Source: Chiloscyllium plagiosum
Lineage: Eukaryota
Assembly: GCF_004010195.1 (NCBI RefSeq)
Contig: NC_057721.1
Coordinates: forward strand, 43,702,163-43,766,162
Length of the DNA stretch: 64,000 nt
Reading direction: 5' to 3'
Shown here: in pieces, positions 1 to 13,584 of the stretch
Numbering within the stretch: position 1 is the first letter of the stretch
How the letters are laid out: every line of letters begins with the position of its first letter
Made by a program: the position numbers and the translations under genes
Notes under the pieces: model-generated
Told to the model about the DNA's origin: nothing
The model's database searches: none
The model's input: only the letters and a program-made list of their open reading frames with translations

Positions 1-490
1 AAGTAACAACTATTCGAAATCTGTACAAACTAATTGTAGTAGAGAGACCATAGCAAGTTATCAAGGTGATACTGTTAAAACAGGACAGTAAGGAAGATTT
101 TACAAATACAGACTATAGTGGGGTTACACATAGGTTGACATGAACCCAAAATCACTGTTGAAGCCGTCTTCATTGGTACAGAACTTGGTTATCAGTTTCT
201 GCTTGGCAATTCTGGGTTGATGTGTATGTCAATAGTCACCTTGGACGACACTTACCTGAAAAGATTGAAGACTGAATGTCCTTGACAGCTGATGTGTTCG
301 ATGACTGGGAGGGAACATTCCAGTCTGATGATTTTTACCCGGTGTCTGTTCATCTGTTGCCATCGCGTCTGTATGGTCTCACCAGTATACCATGCCTCGG
401 GGCATCCTTGCCTGCACCGTATGCAGTAGCCAACACTGGCCGAGTATCTGTCATGTTCATGATTGCCAACGTTCCCACATGTAATGATAG
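1..490 (-). mobile_element. Penelope-like element 3' fragment (GIY-YIG endonuclease)
   Basis: Minus-strand ORF IRCRQGCPEAWYTGETIQT...MNRHR...LPVIEH is a degenerate GIY-YIG (YIGET..R..R..EH) pattern. Confidence 0.75.
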
Positions 491-511
491 CATCCATGTC
501 GATTTCTACCA

Positions 512-730
512 CATGCTCCGTTTTCCTCCCACAGTCCAAAGATGTGCAGGTTGGTGGATCAGCCTTGCTAAATTGCCTATAATATCCAGGATATGCAGGC
601 TATGTGGATTAACCATGGGAAGTGCAGAGTTACAGAGATAGGGTCGGGTAGTGGGTCTGGGTAGAATGCTCTTCAGAAGGTTGTTATGGACTGAATGGCC
701 TACTTCCAAGCTGTAGGGATTCTATTATTC
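512..730 (+). mobile_element. HE1-type SINE, 5'-truncated and diverged
   Basis: tgctccgttttcctcccacagtccaaagatgtgcaggtt...gctaaattgcc core, shared with the full-length copies at 55.6 and 58.2 kb. Confidence 0.8.
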
Positions 731-749
731 TTTAATTCTAACTAATGAT

Positions 750-2230
750 GGGGTAGTGTGGAAGCTCTACAGATATCCCAATTCTCAACAATGGGGGAGC
801 CCAACACATCATTGCAAAAGATAAAGCTGAAATATTTACATCCACTGTCAGCCAGAATGCCAAATGGATGATCCATCTTTGCCTCCTCCAGCAGTCCCCA
901 GCAACCCAATCCCAAGCTTCAACCAATTGGATTTAGCCTATGTGATATCAAGAAACAGTTGAAGGTACTGGATATTGCTAAGGTGCTAAGCCCTGACAAC
1001 ATTGTGGCAATGGTAATAAAGACCTCTGCTTCAGAGTTAGCCATGTTTTCAGCCAAAGTATTCCAAGCCAGCTACAGTCCTGGTATCCATCCAACAATGT
1101 GGAAAATTGTCCAGGTATGTCCTGTGCATGCAGAAACCAGACCAATTATAACATGATTATTCTATTCCAGAGTCATTGGTGTAATTGACAGTGTTACCCA
1201 GAAATGACCTGCCCACTGATACTTAGTTGACTTCCACCAGAGTGACTCAGCTCCTAACCAAAACATACAATTTTGGTCCAAACATGGACAAAAGATCTTG
1301 ACTATACAAGTGAGTTGAGAGTGATTGCCCTGGACATCAAGGGCAACTTTAGACTAAGTATGGGATCCAGGAGCCCTAATAAAACTGGAGTTAATGGGAA
1401 ATGGTGGAAAATCTGTTGATTTGAGTTCCACTTAGAACAAAGGATGGTGATTGTGATTGTTAGAGGTTAGCCATACAAGGCTCAGGACATCACTGCAGGA
1501 GTTTCTCAGGATTTTCCTTTCAGCAAGGTCTTTGGCAAGGTCCCACCGGGGAAACTACTTAAGAAGGTAAAAGCCCATGGAATCCATGGTAACTTCGGAA
1601 GTTGGATCTTAAATTGTCTTCGTGACAGAGTGTGGTGGTGCAATGCGGTTTGTATGACTGGACACTGTTGTGCCATACCACGAGGATCAGAGTTTAGACT
1701 CTTATTGCTTGTGATTTTCATAAGTGAAAGGCAGGAGGTTTAGAGGGGATTTGAAGAAAATCTTTTTCACCCAGTGGGTGGTGGGAGACTGGAATGCAGT
1801 GCCTGGGAGAGTACTTGAGGCGCGAAACCTCACAATCTTTAAAAAGTATAGGAACAAGCACTTGAGTATCATAACATTCAAGGCTACGGCTCTAGTGTGG
1901 GAAAGTGTGACTAGTGTTGATAGTAGTGTCTTTTTAGCAGGACAGACTTGATAGGCTAAAGGGCCTCTTCTGTACTGTAAGATTCTATGATTCTATGACT
2001 CAACTAGCAATAACTGTTCATCAATATCTTCCCGCCAGCATAATGTAAGAAGTGGGGTTATAAGATAATGATCGCACAATGTTCAGTATCATTCACAACA
2101 CTTCAGATATTGAAACAGTCCATGTGGAAGTATAGCAAGATCTGAACAATATCCAGGCTTTGGCTGATAACTGACAAGTTACCTCCTTGTCACACAAGTG
2201 CCAGGCAATGACCATCTCCAGTAAGAGAGA
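750..2230 (+). mobile_element. CR1-group LINE family B RT fragment, interrupted by a CR1 piece at about 1510-1998
   Basis: Degenerate ALDIK..F..VW..GAL.KL and GG....QDI.AGV motifs, homologous to the 48.2-50.1 kb and 56-58 kb copies. Confidence 0.8.
1510..1998 (+). mobile_element. CR1/HER1 LINE fragments with 3' tail
   Basis: DFSK.F.KVP motif, then FFTQ.VV..WN..P, ending in an (attctatg)n tail. Confidence 0.85.
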
Positions 2231-3013
2231 ATCAGTAACTGAATTAATGCAGGAAAGATAAATGTCATTTTACTTTCAGGTGCCAAACACCACAGTTTGT
2301 CTTCCTCAGCTTTCTCTTCCCCTGTTGAATGCATCATTCCTCTGTCTCAAGGCATCTCCTCACGACTCCATTTGTATAGCTAACAATGACGCTTGCCACC
2401 ATCTCAGTGCCATCTCACACCAAGACTCAGAAACACTTACAAATGTTGTCACTTTATCCCCTGCACAATTTCCAATTTTTACATATCTTAAGGTACATTC
2501 CCTCCTTGAAGACAAAGAGTGTATGATGTGATGGAGAGTCAGAAAACTGGGGCTAGATGGTCCACAAGTGATAATTACCCTGATGCTGCTGCACAGGAGG
2601 CTATGGAGACTGGAAGGGTCAATGGTGATGGAGAGATGGGAATCTCCATTACACCTGGTGACAAAATTAGAAATTAGAATATTATTTGGTATTTTACATT
2701 AACTTGTGTTGATGCCTCTCACTCTTAATAATGAAAGGTGAACATCTGCACAGTGATGCCTACTCTGTATGTGAGATTTTTCAATTCTCAGGGGTTTTAC
2801 AACTAACACAGGACACATGCAGAAGGAAACCAAGAAGTTCTCAGAAGAGGTTACACACTCTGAGGACATGTCATGCAGTACTCTGGGGACATAAGTTTAG
2901 ATCCTATCATGGTAACTGGTGAATTTTAACTTAATTATAAGTAAATTAATTAAATATGTGGAATTGAAAATAAATCATCTACCTTTATCTATTCTGACCG
3001 ATAGTGCCTTCAG

Positions 3014-3718
3014 GTGCAGGTTTGTAGTTCCTTAAAAGTGGAGTCACAGGCAGATAGAGTGGTGAAGAAGGCATTCGGTACACTTGTTTTTATTGGTCAG
3101 TACATTGAATATAGGGTTTGGAGGGTCATATTGCAGCTATACAGGACATTGGTTAGGTCAGGTTTGGAATACTGCGTTCAATTCTGGTCTTCCTGCTTTA
3201 GGAAAGATGTTGTTGAACTTGAAAGGGTTCAGGAAAGATTTACAATAATGTTGCCAGGGTTGGAGCATTTGAGCTCCAGGAGAGGAACTGGGAGAGGGGT
3301 GAATACGCTGGGGCTGTTTTCCCTGGAACATTGGAGGCTGAGGGGTGACCTTCCAGAGGTTTAGGGTGTATAGCCAAGATCTTTTCCCGAGAGTAGGGGT
3401 GTCCAAAACTAGAGGGCATAGGTTTAAAATGAAGGGGGAAAGATTTAAAAGGGACCTAAGGGTCAACTTTTTCATGCAGTGGGAAATGAGCTGCCAGAGG
3501 AGGTGGTGGAGGCTGGTATAATTATGACATGTAAAAGGAATCTGGATGGGTACATGAATAGGAAGGGTTTCGATGAATGTGGGCCAAATACTGGCAGGCC
3601 CCATGGAAAATCCCAGTCAGTTTAAATGGAATTAGATTAATTTAGGATATCTGGTCAACATGGACGAGTTGGACCAAAGGGTCTGTGTCCGTGCTGTACA
3701 TCTCTATGACTCTATGAT
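3014..3718 (+). mobile_element. CR1/HER1 LINE 3' end
   Basis: LYRTLVR..LEYCVQFWS...LERVQ.RFT.MLPG; ctatgactctatga tail. Confidence 0.92.
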
Positions 3719-4063
3719 TCAATGTGACCCCCTCCAATAAAGCTTGGCATGCCATTGTTCCAGAAGAGTAAAATAATGAATAGAATTGGAGGGTCCACTT
3801 GGTATCCCAGCAACACTGTCTATGAGTGTACCTATACTAGAGGAATTGCAACTGTTCAAGAAGTCAGACTCCACCAACTTTTCAAAAGCAATTAGGGACA
3901 GACAATAAACACTGGTGCCCAAATCCCATGAAAGAAAGAAAGCCCACATGGTGGTTCATGTTAAACACTGCTCAGCAGAACACAGATACTGAGCTTTAAT
4001 GGCCATCTACAAAGGGCACTGTTCTAGAGTAGCAGCATAATGAGATTGATTTTCAGGTCCAAG

Positions 4064-4705
4064 TGTTATAGACTAGGCCAGACCATTCAAAATATTCTTA
4101 AGCAGGCAGCTCCAGACCATAATTTTACAATTTGTTTTGGTAAGTGTACAGTGAAAATTTCCCGGAGTAAGATAGCAAGGTTGATGACTAGATTTTAAAA
4201 CAGTTAAAAATTTGTTCACAAAATTACACAATGAAACACAAAGAACAGAATAAAGAACCCCTGTAGAACTCAACCTATCCGACTAAACTTAATGATGTTA
4301 TTCCAAAAATACACAACAGTCTCAATTAGCAAACTCCCTTTAAAACCCAGTTTAAATGGAACACATGCTTACAGGTTGAAGTTGAAGGGAAGAAAAGAGA
4401 GAAAGTTTTCACACAGCTCCCTGTTGAACTTCCCAGTTAAAGACTGAACTAAAATCTGCTCAGCTCAGCTAAAGAGCTGACCACTCCCCTTACATTATAC
4501 TTCTAAAACATAAACACTTTGGCCTGAAGTCTCATGTGTTTACATATAAACAAAAGGCCTCTCAAAGTTCTTTTCATCCTGTACCAAATCAGACTGACCA
4601 GAGCCCGGCCCGGTTTATTGCCCCTCTGAAAAAAAATCAAGGACAGAGTCTCCTTGAGCCAAGGAACAGCTTTTAGATAAAAAAAAAGGGACTAGCTTTG
4701 TGATA
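4064..4705. mobile_element. Solo LTR (Gypsy-like)
   Basis: Starts TGTTATA and ends TGTGATA (CA decayed to TA); flanked by a 4-bp duplication CAAG (4060-4063 and 4706-4709). Confidence 0.65.
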
Positions 4706-5424
4706 CAAGGAGAGTAAAGGGTTTAACAGGGGGAGGTAAACAATGCTCTGATGGCTACTATGCTGGTTTCCTTTCTTCAAATCCTCAGCAGATTGTTCTC
4801 AAGTAAAAGTGAGATGGAGGATGAAAGCTACACTCTCACATGTGAAAGGTGCTGACATGGATCATGAAGGGCCAGGTAAAGCCAATTAAGGGAAACTGAC
4901 TGGGATTTTCCATGGGGCCTGCATGTTTCTGCAGGAAGTGCCTGGTCCCTTGCCCCTAAATGTAACAGCCTAGCTGCTAACCCACTTTTGGATTTAAATG
5001 AACTTGCAAAAGCATTGACCATCCTTGGAGAAAGTTTGGAGGAGTCAGTCTCGGACATGAGTGCCAGGATATGTCAAAGTTCCTGTGCTGGTATGAGCAT
5101 CCATTGAAAAAGTAGTAGGGAGCATTGAATGAGGCAGAGAACTGTGTGCATACTTGTCCTGCACTCTTTGCCACTTTATATAAGAGGAAAGCTTTGCCTT
5201 GATTGTTCAACACTTTACTGATGTGCAGTGAACTTCTCTCCTGTTCTTGGACTGCAAGGAAGTGAGAGTTAGGCCATGAGTGGGTAGATGGAGAAAGGAA
5301 ACAAAGCTATAGGAACTCTGAACATGGTCATCTAACTTCCATTCCTAGCTCCCCCACACCCCAACATCCACTTATTAGAGCCCACTCTGCCTCCAGTACC
5401 ACTGACCAAGTTTGTCTCAATTAC

Positions 5425-5985
5425 AGCTCTACAAGTCCCTGGTGAGACCACACTTGGAATATTGTGTCCAGATCTGGTCGCCCTACTATATGAAAGATAC
5501 AGAGGCTTTGGGAAGGGTGCAAAGAAGTTTTACCAGGATGCTGCCTGGACCGGAAGCTTGCCTTATGAAGAAAGGTTGAATAAGCTTGGACTTTTCTCTC
5601 TGGAGAGAAGGAGGAAGAGAGGAGACCTGATCGAGGTATACAAGATAATGAGTGGAACAGATAGAGTCAATAGCCAGAGACTTTTCCCAAGGGCAGGATT
5701 GACTGTTACAAGGAGTCATAGTTTGTAGATATTAGGAGGAAGGTATGAAAGAGAGTGGCAGGTTCTTTACACAGAGAGTTGTGAATGCATCGTTGCCAGC
5801 TGTGGTGGTGGAAGCAGAGTCATTGGGGACATTTAAGCGACTGCTGGACATGCACATGGATAGCAGTGAGTTGAGGGGTGCGTAGATTAAGTTACTGTAT
5901 TTTACATTAGGATTAACCTCGGCACAACCTCGTGGTCCAAAGGGCCTGTTCTGTGCTGTACTTTTCTATGTTCTATGTTCTATGA
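5425..5985 (+). mobile_element. CR1/HER1 LINE 3' end
   Basis: YEERLNKLGLFSLERRR.RGDLIEVYKIM; (ttctatg)n tail. Confidence 0.92.
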
Positions 5986-6459
5986 AGGTGCTACGGAGCT
6001 TTCTTTGAAAAACTCAGAGAATATTGGTAATGGGAATCCCTGCTGATAGGGGAGTAAACAGCTGCTTCTAGTACTGCTGAAGTATTATGTAGGAGTACCT
6101 GGGGAAAAACAATCTTACGCAGCATGAGGAGATTCACTTGAGTGACTATGAAAATGTCAATGTATTAATGTATTGCAAAAAGTTAATGAATCATTCATTT
6201 TATTTTAAATTTCCATTGCCCACGCATCCCTGTTGTTCCTTCCTACCTTTCAAATAGAGTTAACCTTAGTAGAATGATGTACCAGTGAAAGACGAACTAA
6301 GATTGGGAATGTTCTGACTTTGGAATTGCTATGTGTTGCAGAGTGTGGTGGGTGTGATTGAACAGCAGGTTCAGCATTGCTCTGCCGTCTCACAGTCAGA
6401 TTATTTGAACCATGCCTGGATTAGTTTGTCATGGACTTCTCATGACATCTAGGTGAGTG

Positions 6460-7200
6460 ATTGCAGGCACTTGGACACATCAGGCTCCACCCCCTCCTCC
6501 TCCTTTTTCTAAAGATGCTGAGCAACCCTCAGAATCCTCCTCCTGACATTCCAGCCTTCTCTTCATTATGGTGTTGGCAAAAATGTAGCAGACCACCATC
6601 ACAATGCCTTCTCTGGGTACTGCTTGCTTGTATGTACTGAAGGGTGTCCCCAGATCTATTCAGGCATCTGATTCACATCTTTACCAACATAATGGCTTGC
6701 TTCATGAGCAAAATCTTGTGCTTATGTGGCTGCTTGTGTATTTGTTCTTCAATAATGTTGCTGTCTTTATTGATATTAATATTTAGCTTTTAAAGGGTAG
6801 CCCTAATCTCCATTGAGTCACTCACTAAAACTACAAAGCCATTACATGGCAGCTTCCAGGATGGCTTGCACAGACATGCACAGAATCCTACTAAGGCTTA
6901 CCACTAGTACTTTGCTAGATTGGAATCTCATTCAATTGACAGAGACCGCTGGTTGATTTGAGGCCATCTAGATTGCCACCTCAGGCACCATCTTTTGACA
7001 CCGGGCTTACCCGACAACATCTCCTCTGCCAATGTAGCAGCTGATACGGGTTCTGTGCTTGCCCCTCCATCTGCTGCCTTGCTACCAGGGTCCCACCCCG
7101 GGCTCAACAGCTGCCTTGCACCCTCCTCATCAATGCAGTCACCACTGATGCCGCCACAACCGAATTCTTCTCAAAAGGTAAATTGATGCAAACATTAAAG
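6460..7200 (-). mobile_element. Harbinger (HARBI1-like) transposase pseudogene fragments
   Basis: Minus strand reads VHVCASHPGSCH (about 6845-6882; cf. ARYPGSxHD) and KQAIMLVKM*IRCLNRSGDTLQY (about 6634-6702; cf. EQTIGLLKMRFRCLDRSGGALQY), followed by an acidic tail. Confidence 0.75.
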
Positions 7201-9016
7201 TTCACCAAAGTAAAATCTTACCTGTACAGATTTACTCCTTGCAAACCCCTCACCCTGACAATGTTAAATAGAAAAGTCTGTGTGTAAAACTAAATCAAAT
7301 TTTATTTAAGGTTTTCGGTTTGCATTGTTTTTAACAGAGCCTTCTGCTAAAATTATTTCTACTATTTCCTTTTAAAGCCATATGAAGCAACCAGACTTAA
7401 CCTCAGCCACCCTGCCCACTTTTATTGCCTCCAGAAGTAAATAAAGCTGATTCGGTGGTCCACATGACAAGTTTTAAATGCTCAATCAATGAGGTGCTGC
7501 GAGCAACATGTGGCTGAGGTGAAGTTGGTCTGTGAATCCAGAGTGCATAAGTCACAAAGTGGTAGATAGGATGAGTGTATATCCCCATATTAAATTTTCT
7601 GAGTTACTAATGGTAACAGATTAAATATAATATTCATCAGAAACCACTATAACTTTGACTCACTTTGTGTGGAACATTCTAACTCAGACTTTTCAACTTG
7701 AAACTGCATGAGTGTGTTAAGAGAAAACTTGCAAATAGTAAAGTTGCAATTACTGATCACAAAAAGTTATAGTCTCAATTCTAGCTAAGCAGGACTATTC
7801 CTGAGCTGGAAGTGTTAGGTTTTCAATGCAGGGACTGTTTCTGTGCAGATGAGGCAGGATGTTCAGGCCCACTGGAGATGAGGATGGACATAGCCTGATT
7901 AGATGGTGCTGGCTGTCAGGCGATTTCCCAAATCCATTCCCAGCACCAGCCATTTTTGCTCACGTGAATTTGAAGCGAGCAAGGCTAATTGCACTCATGC
8001 AGTCAGATTTTCTAAAGAGCGTTGTTGAGCCTATGTAAAGTTTCCTATATTGACAGTGACTGCTTAGGCAGCTGGAAGATAATCAGTGATCAGCTGGTGA
8101 TTGGTACTTCTGTATTCCTGGAGACTCTCGTTCTCTTGGGTGTGAAAGCAGCCACATGTTACCTTGGACAGGGAGGATACCCACTCACCATCCCTACAGG
8201 AGTAGGTCAGGTTGCAGGAACCATTACTTTAAAGTAACTTTAAAAAATGTTCGTGAAAGGATCCCTCCATGTTTTCACCCCTCCCTTATGTGACTTAACT
8301 ACCATCTCTCCCCAAGATGGAATGCCTGTGATTAGCTTAAGGTTCATCTCCTTCCATGGACATTGAACCTGTCTCCAAGTTAATTAAGGGGGAACCCCAG
8401 TCAAAATTCCAGACCAGTGATTGTTTCCCAACAGGTATGGACCTGAAGGAAAAATCCAGTCCAGGGTCACTGTTAAATTTCAATAGTAACTACCAGAGGG
8501 AAGCATTGACATAGGTGAAAGGCCAAAACCAAAACAACAAGCAAGGGCAATGAAAATATAAAGATGGACAGAACGTTCCCTCTCCGTGGACAGAACTGGA
8601 AGGTTCTGTTGCTAGTATAAGGTTTTACTAAATACTGGCCAAAGATAGGGCTATTACATGTCCCCCCCCGATTCTGCAACCTACCCAGCATTTGTATCTA
8701 CTGAACTGTTGTACCAGTAGCACAACCTTACAATTTCTGAATACATAATTATTTTCACTCATTCTTGTTTTCTTTTTAGTTTTCTTATCCCTCTCACTAA
8801 ATGGAAACTGTAAAAGACAAGCAAGAATGAAGTGGAAAAAGCACAAAACAGATATTTTGAATAATTATGCCAAGTATTCCTAAAAGTAAGCATAAAGAGC
8901 ATGCCCTACACAAAGATTACAAATTATGACAATGTCAGTGACTTTATGATAAATAAATTAGAAGTATTTGACAAGCTAAGTGGGGTTCAAACAAATATAA
9001 CCACAGGGCCAGATTA

Positions 9017-10031
9017 TATAGAACATAGAACATAGAACAATACAGCACAGAACAGGCCCTTCGGTCCACGATGTTGTGCCGAACTTCTAACCTAGATTAA
9101 GTACCCATCCATGTACCTATCCAAATGCCGCTTAAAGGTCGCCAATGATTCCGACTCTACCACTCCCACGGGCAGCGCATTCCATGCCCCCACCACTCTC
9201 TGGGTAAAGAACCCACCCCTGACATCTCCCCTATACCTTCCACCCTTCACCTTAAATTTATGTCCCCTTGTAACACTCTGTTGTACCCGGAGAAAAAGTT
9301 TCTGACTGTCTACTCTATCTATTCCTCTGATCATCTTATAAACCTCCATCAAGTCACCCCTCATCCTTNNNNNNNNNNNNNNNNNNNNNNNNNNNNNNNN
9401 NNNNNNNNNNNNNNNNNNNNNNNNNNNNNNNNNNNNNNNNNNNNNNNNNNNNNNNNNNNNNNNNNNNNNNNNNNNNNNNNNNNNNNNNNNNNNNNNNNNN
9501 NNNNNNNNNNNNNNNNNNNNNNNNNNNNNNNNNNNNNNNNNNNNNNNNNNNNNNNNNNNNNNNNNNNNNNNNNNNNNNNNNNNNNNNNNNNNNNNNNNNN
9601 NNNNNNNNNNNNNNNNNNNNNNNNNNNNNCCTCCTCACTGTGCACAACTCCACCTATCTTCGTATCATCTGCAAATTTACTGACCCACCCTTCGACTCCC
9701 TCTTCCAAGTTATTAATAAAAATTACAAACAGCAGAGTACCCAGAACTGATCCCTGCGGAACTCCACTTGTAACTGGGCTCCAGGCTGAATATTTACCAT
9801 CTACCACCACTCTCTGCCTTCGACCGGTTAGCCAGTTTTCTATCCAATTGGCCAAATTTCCCTCTATCCCATGCCTCCTGACTTTCCGCATAAGCCTACC
9901 ATGGGGAACCTTATCAAATGCCTTACTAAAATCCATGTACACTACATCCACTGCTCTACCCTCATCCACATGCTTGGTCACCTCCTCGAAGAATTCAATA
10001 AGACTTGTAAGGCAAGACCTACCCTTCACAA
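9017..10031 (-). mobile_element. Young CR1/HER1 LINE, 5'-truncated, containing the assembly gap
   Basis: [13 protein letters not shown]...[10 protein letters not shown]...KFADDTK reverse transcriptase motifs; (catagaa)n tail. Confidence 0.95.
9369..9629. other. Assembly gap (261 N)
   Basis: Run of N. Confidence 1.
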
Positions 10032-11014
10032 ATCCTTCACAAATATATTTATCACTTTTCGCTAGAAGACAAAAGCAATCTGTAAAGATTGCCAATCATT
10101 CTGCAGTCAATGAACACTGGGAAGGTTTTGGTACATTGAAAACAGGCAGATATGGAATACTCAAAGTGGTGAATACAAAGAAACAAGCAACCACAGACCT
10201 ATTGATATTACTTCCACTCTATTTAATACAATGAATCAATTATCAGAAGTTGAAGATCATCAGTAAAACAACAATGAAGTAAACATTCATGTTTTGAATT
10301 CAGAAAGGGAGGATCCTGTTAGAGCAATTACCTTGACTTCTTTGGGGAAGTGGTTAATTCCATGACATGATAAACCTCAACTTTCAGAACTTTTTAAGTA
10401 CTACCATAAAGGCTATTAATTAAACATATACTCTGCTGTACTTCCCTGCATTTAGATCAATGAAACCTCAATAGAGAAAGCAGAAAATCTGTGGCCATGC
10501 ATCCTATCACTTTCACTCACAATTCTTTTGTGGCTCTGTTTAATTCCGGATTTTAAGTGCTGTGAACTATTGAAACACTGCAGCAATAGTGGCTTCCACA
10601 TTCCAGAGTCATGTTCCTAACAGGCAGCATTAAGGGAGTTGGAAGGCTGACTGTATTTGTAAAGTGTGGTTGATACTGCAAAGATTGTCAGCATTGGTAA
10701 TGCCTAGCAGTGTTGCTCCGAACATACTTCCAGAGAAACACTTACACACTGAGATAAACCACACAGCTGCTCTTCCTGGAATGAAATGCTCTAAGATTCG
10801 ATATGGTCTAAACATGGGCAAACAGATTCAAATGTGCAATTAATCTTGCATAGTTTCTGATCATTTAAATTATTGCAGGGTGCAGCAAATGGCAAAGCAC
10901 AGTGTTGAGTGCTTACATACTTGCATAAAGGTGCCACATTGTGAGGGCTTGCACCACTTAAAGTTAGCCTGCACTTTGTAAAGGTTGGGAGGGGGAGCTC
11001 ATAGCTATTTCTTT

Positions 11015-12280
11015 ATATCATGTGGAGTGAATCAAATTGACTGAAGACTGGCATTGACTGATGCCAAAGACATTGGGAGGAGATCAAGATGGACTATCAT
11101 TTGACACTTCTGACTGAAGATGCTTATAAATGCTTCGATCTTGCAGTTTGTACTGCCTTACCTTTTTCTGACCACATTGAGAATGGGAGTGGTTGTGAAG
11201 CTTCTTGTGCCCCATTGGTTGTTTGACAGTCCACCTTTCATAATAGATGTGGCAGGACTTAGGAGCTCAGATTCCTTACATTGTTTGTAGCATACTGTTT
11301 CTGGTGTTAATATAAACGTTATCTTATGGTGTAACTTCACCAGTTTAAGATCTTATTTTTAGGTATGCATAGTACTGCATTAAGCCAAGTTGGTATCCTG
11401 ATTTAATAGTATTAATAAAATTTTGGTTATGCTGGGCCATGAGCTTGTAGATTGTGGTTGAATCTAATTCAGGTGCTAATTGCATACAGCACTTCATGGA
11501 TGTCCAATTTTAAACTCTATCTGTTCTGAATCTATCCCATCTGGCACAGTGGTAGTGCCACATAATAACATGACAGTTTCTTTTGTGTGAAGATGAAACG
11601 TTGTCTCCACAAAGATTGTGCAGTGGTCACTCCGACCAAATCTTCCATAGTAGGTTGATAAAGATGAGGTTAAGTAGGATTCTGTCTTGTTGGTTCCTTT
11701 ACCACTTGCTATAGGCCCAATTTTTCAGACATAGCCTTAAGGAGTGAGCCAGCTTGGGCAGTAATGTTGTTAGTGAGTCATTCCTGATGATGGCCATTGA
11801 AGTGCACTTCAAGGGTACATTTTATATTCTTATTATTGTCAGTGCCTCTTCAAAGTGGTGTCGATCAAGGAGTACTGAATTATTGGTTAATGGAGGATGG
11901 TAGATGGAAAGCAGCTAGAGATTTCCTTATTTGAACTGGTACTATGAGGCATCATAGCGTTTGAAATCAATACTCATGAGTGCTTGGCTACCTGTTCCAC
12001 TGTGCAACCATCCCTAGTGCATCTGTCCTGCCAGTGGGGACAGAACATACCGAGAGGTGGTGATAGAGGAGGAGCTTATATCATTGTCTGAAAGATCTGA
12101 TTCTATGAATATAACAATGTCAGGCTATTTGACTGTTGTACAAGCATTGACACAAGCTCCCAGATGTCAGTGAGGAGGACTTTGTAGGGTTGACCAGACA
12201 GGGTGTTTTTTCGCATTTCAGGTACCTGAAGTCATTTGATCTATGTGGTTTATTCTTATCAGACATTTTTATAATTGTCC
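11015..12280 (-). mobile_element. CR1-group LINE family B, endonuclease-side fragment, diverged
   Basis: Similar to 57.5-58.1 kb (ggcacagtggtagtgccaca, gtgaagatg motifs). Confidence 0.7.
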
Positions 12281-12284
12281 TGCT

Positions 12285-12500
12285 AGGCTATTTCAGAGAA
12301 CAGTTACTAATTAGTGTGGTTCTGGAGTTACATTTAGACTAGGTCAGGTCAGAATGGCAGAGTGCCTCTCCTGTAAGAATTAGTGAGTCAGATTTTTTTA
12401 ATGATAATCAATTTGATTCATGATCACTAACACTAATACGAGGTGCTTATTTACAATTTAAAAAGTATACCTTTAAATTTCTGAACTGCTATGTTTGGGT
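12285..12500 (-). mobile_element. Ancient conserved-core SINE, diverged (same family as 14570-14840)
   Basis: Reverse-complement similarity to the cttacctggtctggcc..catgtgactccaga core. Confidence 0.55.
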
Positions 12501-13584
12501 TTCAATCAATAGAGACAACAATGGAGTTCCACCTTTGCGTTTGAAAGTAGGGTGTTTGGCTCCACCAGGACCCAGGTTGTCTGTCCACTCCAAAGAGTCA
12601 TTGACCAATCACAGGATTTACCTGGTGACCTTCTTGTGTGTTGGGGAGCCTCTTTACTGCTGGTTAAGTGCCAGTGGAGGCAGAAAGGATCCCATAGTTT
12701 GCCAAATTGGTCTCTGGGTTGGGGGGAGGGACACCATGTTCTCTTGGCAACTTGGCATATCAGTGTGAAAGTAAAACACATGCCAGCCTGCCTTCCCACT
12801 CCATAACCGCAGCCATCACATCCTGTCTGAGCCCCTCCCCCCAGCCCATCACTAAAAATCTAATAAAGTCGAGACCAGAGATTCAGAAAAAACAATGACT
12901 AAGAAAAATACTGAGTTATGGCCCTACATAGCAAACAATGTGTTTCAGTGTTCTCTAGTGTTACACTGGAGCCCTTGAAGCTACACCAGAGCCCTTGAAG
13001 TAGGAGATACAAAGGAGGTGAGGTGACACTTATCCTTCGGGAGTCTGGAAATGTTTCAGACAAATTCTCAGAGAATTGACAAACATCACACCCAATGACA
13101 AGAGTGTGGGTCCAGGGACCTGGATGCAATGCTACACAAAGTCCATTTGCCTTGACATGAGTCATTGCAGTTAGTGAATATATCTTCAAATACAGAACCC
13201 AAACAATTGCCTCACACAATTCATATTGGCCACAAACCACAAGTCACATATCAAAAATCTCAATTAACCATTCCTTATATTTAACTTGCATTTATAAATT
13301 TTCTACTGCTGCACGTTTCACACTTACATCTTACAGCTGTCACACATGGCCAGCTATTCAACCATGACAGCCATATCATTTAAACACATTGCTCCACACT
13401 AACTCTTGCTGGTGAAAGTGACTCATGTTCAGTGGCAGCATCACTGAACTGGTTGTGGGAAGTGGGTGTAAGGATCAGGCAAAGCTTCATATCCTCACCC
13501 CAAGTAGCAGATGGTGCTTACTAATACTGAACCAGCTATATCTGAAGCCATGGCTGGTAGTGGGGTTGAAAGCTTGAAGATAGA

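Larger units (their letters stand above)
2520..5230 (+). mobile_element. Degraded Harbinger Myb/SANT-protein gene relics (about 2520-2930 and 4830-5230), split by later insertions
   Basis: ESQKTG...GRVNGDGEMGIS and LGESLEESVSDMSA segments resemble Harbinger ORF2; convergent with the transposase relic at 6.5-7.2 kb. Confidence 0.35.

Noticed and set aside
6995-7186. Pro/Ser-rich + strand ORF as a CD2 cytoplasmic-tail exon of an upstream paralogue
   Set aside because: No PPPPGHR or PPLPRPR motifs, no upstream Ig or TM exons in the window, and it adjoins minus-strand Harbinger transposase relics.
8471-8685. LTR with polypurine tract, or a DNA-transposon end (acatgtcccccccgattctgcaaccta)
   Set aside because: Ambiguous; I found no partner terminus or TSD.
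9260-10234. 324-aa and 244-aa ORFs
   Set aside because: Inflated by the N gap; they are CR1 sense and antisense frames.
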